Shown: positions 25,702 to 32,000 of the stretch, in pieces | Position numbering within the stretch: position 1 is the stretch's first letter | Layout: each line of letters begins with the position of its first letter | Notes under the pieces: generated by a model | The model's input: only the letters and a program-made list of their open reading frames with translations | Told to the model about the DNA's origin: nothing | Database searches by the model: none | Assembly (NCBI RefSeq): GCF_008000775.2 | Contig: NZ_CP042905.2 | Location: forward strand, 3,930,001-3,962,000 | Direction of reading: 5' to 3' | Length of the DNA: 32,000 nucleotides | DNA from: Promethearchaeum syntrophicum | GTDB taxonomy: Archaea > Asgardarchaeota > Lokiarchaeia > Sigyniarchaeales > Promethearchaeaceae | Translations under genes and position numbers: made by a program

Positions 25702-25818
25702 CAAATACCATATTAATTGAAAACCAATAAGTGTTTTCGAATACTCTCATTAAAAGCCTCTGGAATCATTTTAAGTTTTAACGAAAAGTTATATCAGATA
25801 TTAATTTACTTTTATCCA

Positions 25819-26688
25819 ATGTGGAAGCGATCCCCTCTACCGTTTCTTAATAATTCCAAGAAAAATACTCCTTTGGTAATTGCCCATCGGGGTGATAGCG
25901 CTCATATACCTGAAAACACATTGCAAGCTTTCGAAGATGCCTTTAAATTAGGTGTTGATTGTCTTGAAACCGACGTCCATATAACTAAGGATGACCAATT
26001 TGTTCTATTTCATGATGATGTAGTTGATCGAACAACTGAGGCAAAAGGTCTTGTTTCTTCATTTACTCTATCGGAACTAAGAAAATTAGATGCGGGTTAT
26101 CGTTTTCAACCTCCAAACTTTCCTTTCAGGGGAAAAGGTCTTCAAATTCAAACTCTTGATGAGATTTTCCAAAAATATCCCATCAGATTTAACTTGGACA
26201 TAAAAGATAAAGACCCAAAAGTTCCAGAGTTACTCGCTTTGAAATTGAAGGAGTTGGGAGTTGAAGATAGGGTAATGGTTGGTTCATTTCATCAAGATCA
26301 AATTAAACATTTTCGAAAATTTTCTGAAATACCCACAAGTGCGGGTCGGAAAGAAGTATTTAAATTCTGGAGAGTAGCTAGAAAATGGATCCGGAAGAAT
26401 AAATCATTTTTTAGTAATGAAAAAAGTAATGATGAAGAACATCTTTCTCAAAAAAAGATTTTTGGAACCGAATTACCTTATTATGCTCTTCAAATTCCTG
26501 AGAGAAATTATTTCTTAAAAATTATTACTCCCGAATTAATAAAATTTGCGCATATCGATGGAATTGATATCTCAATTCAAGTGTGGACAATTAATAATGA
26601 AAAAGATATCCGAAGGTTCTTAGAATGGGAAATTGATGGAATTTTTACTGATAAACCGAAATTGATGTTAAATATTCTTAATCTTTAG
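25819..26688 (+). CDS. glycerophosphodiester phosphodiesterase (GDPD family)
   Basis: VIAHRGDSAHIPENTLQAFEDAFKLGVDCLETDVHITKDDQFVLFHDDVVDRTT is the canonical GDPD N-terminal block (HRG...PENT...E.D). The track start at 25717 is TTG, only 12 nt from the divergent kinase start. The first ATG, at 25819 (MWKRSPLP), is likelier. Confidence 0.85.
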   Translation: MWKRSPLPFLNNSKKNTPLVIAHRGDSAHIPENTLQAFEDAFKLGVDCLETDVHITKDDQFVLFHDDVVDRTTEAKGLVSSFTLSELRKLDAGYRFQPPNFPFRGKGLQIQTLDEIFQKYPIRFNLDIKDKDPKVPELLALKLKELGVEDRVMVGSFHQDQIKHFRKFSEIPTSAGRKEVFKFWRVARKWIRKNKSFFSNEKSNDEEHLSQKKIFGTELPYYALQIPERNYFLKIITPELIKFAHIDGIDISIQVWTINNEKDIRRFLEWEIDGIFTDKPKLMLNILNL

Positions 26689-26746
26689 AAAAGGTTAAAT
26701 TTAAAACGAGTTTTCAATTTTTCATTAAATTTTTTTTATTGTTCTA

Positions 26747-26760
26747 TTTTTTTTTTTTTT
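26747..26760 (+). terminator. T14 homopolymer (preceded by T8 at 26730-26737) downstream of the GDPD gene
   Basis: Read directly. It lies 59 nt after the stop and 86 nt before the next start. Confidence 0.45.
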
Positions 26761-26845
26761 GTTCTAATCTTTAGTATAATATGGTTTCGGATCTTTGAAA
26801 TTAACAATAATCTTAGAAAATAATATATCGGTGGATTAAAAAGAA

Positions 26846-29800
26846 ATGATTTTTGGATATCTAAGAAAAACTATTTGGCGGAATAAAACTCGTACGTTTT
26901 TCCTAACTGTTGGGATTATAGTTTCAATTATGTTAGTGACAGGAGTTAATATTTCATCTAACGCAATGGCTCAATCATTAATTCAAGAAAGATTAGACGA
27001 AATAAAAATTGATTTCACAGTGGTTCCACGAAATACTGCAACAAATGCAACAGAATTAGTAGATAAACTAAATTCTCTGGAGGATTCACTGGATGAATTT
27101 GTATTTGCATATGTTGGCGCTTATGGTTTATCGTATCGATCAATAATCAATCCATATGGGGGAGAAATTGATTGGAGTTTTTTGAATACTAGCAAACAGT
27201 ATGAAGACTACACGAACACTACGCATTTTTGCGGACTGAAAAAAGATTTATTCTCTGAACCTCGGGTTGCAGATCGATTTAAAGATGTAATAAAAAGCAA
27301 TGACACATTAAATTTTACACAAGAAGGAGTGTATTTAGATTCAAGAACTGCACAAGAATACGGAGTTGATACTGGTCAAAATATATCAATCGGAGTTTTA
27401 AGTGTCTTTTATGACTGGGACAATGGTGATAAAAAATATAATTTAACAGCAGAAGCAAATAATATTACAATTTTAGGGGTCTTTAATCTAATCAATCGGG
27501 AATCTTTTATTGAAGTTTTCAACCCAGATAGATGGGGGGGATATATGGGCGATCAAGATATTGCTTTAATAGGAAACTTCTCATACATTGAGAAGCAAGC
27601 AGAAAATTTGACAAATCAACTTGAAGATGCAGCATTATCATATGGTATTTCTTTTAACCCTTGGGATTTAAGTTTTTCAAGAAAATTCGGAGTAATGATT
27701 GATCATTCGTCTTTGAACGTAATGAATATCAATGAATTGAAGACCCAAATTAATCAAATTGAAAATAAAATAAAAATTACTGGAGGAACATTGGTAAATT
27801 ATGTTGAGGGACAATTAGATGAGCGGGTAATCCAAGAACTGAGTTTTGAAATTGCTATATATCAAGCTATTTTCCTAATAATTTCAGTTCCTGTCATCAT
27901 TTTAGGTTGGTTTTTGACAAAAACTAATTTCCAATTGAGTTATGAAAAAAGAAGAAGAGAAATTGCCCTTTTAAAGGTAAAAGGAGGAATCTCAAAACAA
28001 TTAAAATCTATGTTTTTCTTAGAAGCTCTAATTATCGGGTTATGTGGAGGAGCATTGGGAGTATTAGGAGGAAATTTAACTTCAACTTTGGTATTAAAAC
28101 AGATGTTCCCTCAAGTTTTAGAAGGTTATTCATTCACCGATGTTTTATCAGTCATTTTATATGGAGAATTTCTATCAACATCAACTTGGATTATTGGGAT
28201 TATATTAGCACTAAGTATTTCCTTACTTGCAGTTAGAAAGCCATTAAAAGAGTTTTCTAATCTTGAACCTATTGAGGGTCTGCAAAAATATCATGAAATT
28301 AGCCATGCTCAATTACCAACTAAAAAACGAGACTGGATAGCTTTGATAGTAAGTTTAGCGACAATTGTTTTCACTTTAGTATCAAGTACATTAATGGCTA
28401 ATGCAGATTTTGGTTATGGATTCGCTCCATTTCTGATGCTATTTGTAACAATTTCAACGGTTTTACTACCACTTGCACCCTTCTTATTAATTTATGCTCT
28501 TGTAAAATTGCTTTGTGGGAATATTAAGTTCTTTCAAGCGATAATTACTAAAATTAGTCAACTATGGTCAAAACAAATATCTGTATTTACTTCTAAAAGC
28601 ATTATCCGTAACCAAGTTAGATCTTTTCGGTTAGTATTTATAGTAGGTATGGCTTTGAGTTTTGTGGTAATGGCTTCAACCATTCGTGCTACAGAATTGA
28701 ATTATCAAAATCAGATGGAAACAATAACAACTGCTAATGGAATTAGAATTAACATTCGATCTTCAATGTTGAATCAAAATGGGACAGAACCATTCATTGA
28801 TATGTTATGGAATGAAAAAAGCGCAGTTCCATTTGAAACGTTCAATTATTATTATCAACTTAAAGATTCTGGATTCGAAGGTAGTTCGGGTGATTCTTAT
28901 GAAGTATGGAATGACAATGGAATATATGCAGGGCCTATAGCACTAGGTGCAATTTCAGCAGAAAATTTCACAACAGAATATGTTGACATGAGCGATGATT
29001 GGTTTATTAATATGACTGCAGATGAAGCTATGGATAAATTAAGGACTATTCCAAATGCAACATTGATCCCTGAATCTATGGTTCAACAAGGTTATGAAGT
29101 AGGAGATATTTATGAAAATCAAATTCAATATAGTTTATCCAATGGTACCATTAATACAACAACACTGGAAGTAGTAGGAGTTTATAATTCATTCCCTATC
29201 GTCTCATCGGGATGGAACTGGAACCAAGTAATGATAATTGATAAGGATACAATAAAAGATAGTGTTTGTTATAGTGCGGATTTTATGTTCTATCCAGAAA
29301 GTGGAAACGAGAATGAAGTTACTTATGAAATAATAGAGAATGTATTCCAAGATTTTGATTCATCTTTATACGCCTATAATCCCGCGGATTATTTAAATGA
29401 AGGGAGCAGTATTGCTACATCCGTAGTGAGTTTTCTAAATTTAGAAAGTTTTTACTTACTCATAATCGTTACGTTCGGTATTGCAATAATTATGTATATT
29501 TCTATCAATGAAAAATCTCATGATATGGGATTACTGAGAGCAAGGGGAGTAGAAAAAAAAGTAATTTATAAAATACAAATTGCAGAAGGGTTTACTTTAA
29601 TATTACTAGGATGTGTATTCTCAATAGTTGGATTACTTGGAGGTGCAACAATTGCTCTCCACTTAAATACATTAGCCATGGATTTCACATCTTCAGGTAT
29701 TGAACGTCATTTCTCTATTCCCTGGCTAAATTTGTTGGTGCAACTCATAGGATCCCTAGCAATTTTCATTACAAGTATAATTATAGCTGTTTTTATTGAA

Positions 29801-29851
29801 ACCAGGAAATCAAATGTAACAAAAATCGGCGATCTACTTAGAGTCGCTTAG
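26846..29851 (+). CDS. 1001-aa ABC transporter permease with two FtsX modules and two large extracytoplasmic domains
   Basis: TM1 is FFLTVGIIVSIMLVTGV, followed by a domain of about 300 aa. FtsX block 1 is KRRREIALLKVKGGISKQLKSMFFLEALIIGLCGG. Extra TMs follow, then a second domain of about 230 aa, then FtsX block 2 (SHDMGLLRARGVEKKVIYKIQIAEGFTLILLG). A GGTGGA sits about 10 nt upstream of the ATG. Confidence 0.85.
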   Translation: MIFGYLRKTIWRNKTRTFFLTVGIIVSIMLVTGVNISSNAMAQSLIQERLDEIKIDFTVVPRNTATNATELVDKLNSLEDSLDEFVFAYVGAYGLSYRSIINPYGGEIDWSFLNTSKQYEDYTNTTHFCGLKKDLFSEPRVADRFKDVIKSNDTLNFTQEGVYLDSRTAQEYGVDTGQNISIGVLSVFYDWDNGDKKYNLTAEANNITILGVFNLINRESFIEVFNPDRWGGYMGDQDIALIGNFSYIEKQAENLTNQLEDAALSYGISFNPWDLSFSRKFGVMIDHSSLNVMNINELKTQINQIENKIKITGGTLVNYVEGQLDERVIQELSFEIAIYQAIFLIISVPVIILGWFLTKTNFQLSYEKRRREIALLKVKGGISKQLKSMFFLEALIIGLCGGALGVLGGNLTSTLVLKQMFPQVLEGYSFTDVLSVILYGEFLSTSTWIIGIILALSISLLAVRKPLKEFSNLEPIEGLQKYHEISHAQLPTKKRDWIALIVSLATIVFTLVSSTLMANADFGYGFAPFLMLFVTISTVLLPLAPFLLIYALVKLLCGNIKFFQAIITKISQLWSKQISVFTSKSIIRNQVRSFRLVFIVGMALSFVVMASTIRATELNYQNQMETITTANGIRINIRSSMLNQNGTEPFIDMLWNEKSAVPFETFNYYYQLKDSGFEGSSGDSYEVWNDNGIYAGPIALGAISAENFTTEYVDMSDDWFINMTADEAMDKLRTIPNATLIPESMVQQGYEVGDIYENQIQYSLSNGTINTTTLEVVGVYNSFPIVSSGWNWNQVMIIDKDTIKDSVCYSADFMFYPESGNENEVTYEIIENVFQDFDSSLYAYNPADYLNEGSSIATSVVSFLNLESFYLLIIVTFGIAIIMYISINEKSHDMGLLRARGVEKKVIYKIQIAEGFTLILLGCVFSIVGLLGGATIALHLNTLAMDFTSSGIERHFSIPWLNLLVQLIGSLAIFITSIIIAVFIETRKSNVTKIGDLLRVA

Positions 29852-29860
29852 TTTTTTTTT
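29852..29860 (+). terminator. T9 tract immediately after the permease stop, 36 nt before the cognate ATPase gene (possible partial terminator)
   Basis: tagTTTTTTTTTa read directly. Confidence 0.3.
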
Positions 29861-29896
29861 ATTTCATATCATTAATCTAAAACACAGTGAAAAAGA

Positions 29897-30811
29897 ATGG
29901 AAACTAAAAATAACATAAAAAAAGATACAAATTTAGACCAAAATCTAAGTTTTGAAGGCGAAGCTCAACCCAAAATTATTATTGATGATGCAATCAAAAT
30001 TTATAAACGTGGTAAGATCGAAGTTGTAGCTCTTCGAGGATTAAATTGTACATTTAATCAAGGTGAGATAACAGTTATAATGGGACCGTCAGGATGTGGA
30101 AAAACCACTTTATTGAATTTAATCGGAGGATTAGACCGTCCAAATTCCGGGAATATCATAGTTGATGGTCAAAATATTTGTCATTTATCAGATAATGAGC
30201 TTGAAAAATATCGTAGGAACAAAATTGGATTTGTTTTTCAATTTCTAAATTTAATTCCAGAATTAACGGCAGAAGAAAACATAATACTTCCTTTGGAGCT
30301 TTCAGGAACACTAACCAAAGAACGAAAAGAGTTTGTAAAAGAGTTATTAAATATTGTGGGATTGGAAGATCGGGTTGTCCATAGACCAGATGAATTATCG
30401 GGAGGAGAACAACAACGGATAAGTGTAGCAGCCGCTTTAGCTAACAACCCAGATGTTGTATTATGTGATGAACCTACGGGAGAATTAGATAGTCAATCCA
30501 AAAATGTAGTTTTTGGTTTACTTCGCTCTATAATAGAGCGATTTCCAAAAAAATCTATAATAATTGTATCTCATGATCCAGATCTAAAGCAAATTGCCGA
30601 TAAGATGTATTATATTCGAGATGGTGCAATATCACATCATTTTTCCAAAAAAGAATTGGAAGAATTAAAGCATGGGACATCAGAACAAGATGATTTTTCA
30701 AAACGAGACCCAAATCGTGCTAAAGAGGTAGCACTATTAGAATTAAGAGAACTATCGCATATAATAAATGAAAAAATTAAAAAAATCGATAAAAACCTTC
30801 ATGCACAATGA
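29897..30811 (+). CDS. ABC transporter ATP-binding protein (MacB/LolD-like) with a C-terminal helical extension of about 80 aa
   Basis: Walker A GPSGCGKTT, signature LSGGEQQRISVAAAL, Walker B VVLCDEPTGELD, H-loop IVSHD. An extra charged tail follows (KKELEELKHGTSEQDDFSKRDPNRAKEVALLELRELSHIINEKIKKIDKNL). Confidence 0.9.
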   Translation: METKNNIKKDTNLDQNLSFEGEAQPKIIIDDAIKIYKRGKIEVVALRGLNCTFNQGEITVIMGPSGCGKTTLLNLIGGLDRPNSGNIIVDGQNICHLSDNELEKYRRNKIGFVFQFLNLIPELTAEENIILPLELSGTLTKERKEFVKELLNIVGLEDRVVHRPDELSGGEQQRISVAAALANNPDVVLCDEPTGELDSQSKNVVFGLLRSIIERFPKKSIIIVSHDPDLKQIADKMYYIRDGAISHHFSKKELEELKHGTSEQDDFSKRDPNRAKEVALLELRELSHIINEKIKKIDKNLHAQ

Positions 30812-30817
30812 TGAATT

Positions 30818-31390
30818 CTAAACCAAATTCTGCTTTTTTTTCTCATTATACAATTTTAATGCATTTTCCATTGAATTTAGAATTAAACTTCTTTCGTCCT
30901 CTTTTAATCCTTTAGCATATTCGGATATCTGTTCAATTATGAATGAAGCATCTTCACTTAACCGATCTAAGTGAACAAACTGCTCAATTACCTGTGCTGT
31001 TAAGAGATTTGAAAAAGTTGTACCATTTTGCTTTTTTAACATTTTCGCAACATCATAAATAGGAATCCCGAGACGAGTGTATTTATTGCGATATTCATGA
31101 AGTCCTTGAGATGTTAACTCTGCGCACACTAATTCTCGTAAATGGGGAGCTGCAATGAATTCAAGACCTAAACCTCCTAACCTTCTTAGAACATTAAGTG
31201 ATACATTTTTCGCGTCTTCCGTACCCAAATCAGTTTCTTCAATAAGAGAATCTATAATTTTCTGAGGATCGAATTTCATTAGTTCTCCACGAGTATTTTC
31301 CACAGTTTTTGGTAGAAGATCTTCAGGAGAAATTATTGATTTTTGTTTTTGCTTGTTTTGTTTGTTTGGATCAAATTTTATATTGAACAC
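30818..31390 (-). CDS. ATP-cone domain protein with a C-terminal helical domain
   Basis: TVENTRGELMKFDPQKIIDSLIEETDLGTEDAKNVSLNVLRRL...APHLRELVCAELTSQGLHEYRNKYTRL parallels the ATP-cone pattern (v.krdG...pFd.eKI..sl ... i.dlVe.eL...g....Y). The track start is GTG 31390. The first ATG (31279) would truncate the cone, so an upstream non-ATG start is plausible. Confidence 0.7.
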   Translation of the reverse strand: MFNIKFDPNKQNKQKQKSIISPEDLLPKTVENTRGELMKFDPQKIIDSLIEETDLGTEDAKNVSLNVLRRLGGLGLEFIAAPHLRELVCAELTSQGLHEYRNKYTRLGIPIYDVAKMLKKQNGTTFSNLLTAQVIEQFVHLDRLSEDASFIIEQISEYAKGLKEDERSLILNSMENALKLYNEKKKQNLV

Positions 31391-31507
31391 TTCTTACACC
31401 CTATTGAATTTTATCTCCAAATGTATAAAAATTTCAGTATTGCGAGATTATCGTAATCCTACGCTTACGACCAAAATCGACTATAAAATCTGAGATCTTT
31501 TTTTATT

Positions 31508-31795
31508 TTACTCTTGAAATAAAGAAGGATCTATATTTTCTCCACACGATTCACAGTAAAATTGAATTTTCAATTTAACTAGATCAATCATCTTTTGCGG
31601 AAATTCAATTCCACAAAAAGGGCAAAAAAATTGTTTTTTGAGGGCAGGGGGAGTATCCATACGACCAATATAATTATGGGGATTAGAAATCGCAGCCACT
31701 TCTTGATCTGAATGTGCTGAGGGGGTGTTCATACGACCTATATATTCGTCGGGGGACGCTCCAGCTAATTTTTTATATTCCTTTTTTTTCGACAT
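31508..31795 (-). CDS. 95-aa protein with a C-terminal C4 zinc ribbon and an internal duplicated YIGRM-TP-A motif
   Basis: ATG start. CPFCG...(x19)...CESCG forms the ribbon. DEYIGRMNTPSA (nt 31715-31750) and HNYIGRMDTPPA (nt 31643-31678) are tandem repeats. Confidence 0.65.
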   Translation of the reverse strand: MSKKKEYKKLAGASPDEYIGRMNTPSAHSDQEVAAISNPHNYIGRMDTPPALKKQFFCPFCGIEFPQKMIDLVKLKIQFYCESCGENIDPSLFQE

Positions 31796-31826
31796 AAAAT
31801 CAAATCTTCAAAAGCTATAACTCAAT

Positions 31827-32000
31827 TTAACTAATTAAATATTGTTGAGAATTTTTCCTCTTTTTTTTTTTTTTATTAAAAATTATTTGTATTGATATTG
31901 GTTGTTTTTTAAAGGGTGATATGGCTAAAATAGACCAATCTTCAGAGATTCCTACTGTTAGCATTGTTCCTTCATTTATTTTATATTTTTGAAGAATTTT
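31827..32000 (-). CDS. possible 3' end of a gene entering from beyond the window (57 codons open to the window edge)
   Basis: The minus frame reads KILQKYKINEGTMLTVGISEDWSILAISPFKKQPISIQIIFNKKKKKRKNSQQYLIS*. I see no stop for 57 codons in an AT-rich context. The frame runs through an A14 tract (T14 on the plus strand, 31861-31874), which could equally be intergenic. Confidence 0.3.
   Translation of the reverse strand, partial: KILQKYKINEGTMLTVGISEDWSILAISPFKKQPISIQIIFNKKKKKRKNSQQYLIS

Noticed and set aside
17978-30447. Remaining short track ORFs: 17978..18163, 20181..20381, 21151..21390, 21643..21828, 28042..28236, 30238..30447
   Set aside because: Each is nested in, out of frame with, or antisense to a longer motif-supported gene. 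I see no independent evidence for any of them.
31921-31992. 23-codon plus-strand ORF MAKIDQSSEIPTVSIVPSFILYF
   Set aside because: It is very short with no upstream signal. The opposite strand carries a longer open frame reaching the window edge.
1-32000. Scan of both strands by eye for CRISPR arrays, rRNA and tRNA genes
   Set aside because: I found no regularly spaced 25-40-nt repeats, no rRNA-like GC-rich blocks and no cloverleaf candidates. A covariance-model scan would be needed to exclude small RNAs.

Overview
The window is a densely packed, AT-rich chromosomal segment, roughly 30% G+C by eye (not computed), and almost certainly archaeal. Support for that call: an ADP-forming acetyl-CoA synthetase, a presenilin-type GxGD protease homolog, a DUF211/COG1888 protein, oligo-T runs directly after stop codons, TATA-like boxes, and sequon-rich surface proteins with PGF-type C-terminal anchors. 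An Asgard/Lokiarchaeia-like origin is only a guess. I support about 26 protein genes and found no rRNA, tRNA or CRISPR array by eye.

Gene content, left to right:
- Partial ADP-forming acetyl-CoA synthetase (ACD)
- Stand-alone BioD-like/DRTGG protein resembling the N-terminal region of phosphotransacetylase (Pta)
- YciI-like protein
- 599-aa coiled-coil protein
- Peptidase U32
- Unknown 341-aa protein
- Small membrane protein
- Presenilin homolog
- 1048-aa FN3 surface protein
- GH13 glycosidase
- IscU/NifU-like protein
- LolCDE-like FtsX/FtsX/ATPase ABC system, followed by two anchored glycoproteins
- DUF211 protein
- Intact IS element
- HAD phosphatase
- Hybrid histidine kinase
- Glycerophosphodiester phosphodiesterase
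- 1001-aa double-FtsX permease with its ATPase
- ATP-cone protein
- Zn-ribbon protein

Several ORF-track starts look over-extended (U32, IscU, HAD, GDPD) or are internal (ACD).

Most interesting leads:
1. The presenilin homolog sits next to a giant single-pass FN3 protein, a possible protease-substrate pair.
2. The heteromeric MacB/Lol-like ABC system is coupled to PGF-CTERM-like glycoproteins behind a palindromic operator.
3. The adjacent Zn-ribbon and ATP-cone genes resemble a split NrdR.
4. Two oversized non-coding spacers carry exact repeats, GC islands, mutually exclusive hairpins and a Cys-rich small ORF.
5. The IS element has perfect 21-bp inverted repeats and a T8 target duplication.

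Nothing here was checked against a database. All family calls rest on motifs read from the translations.
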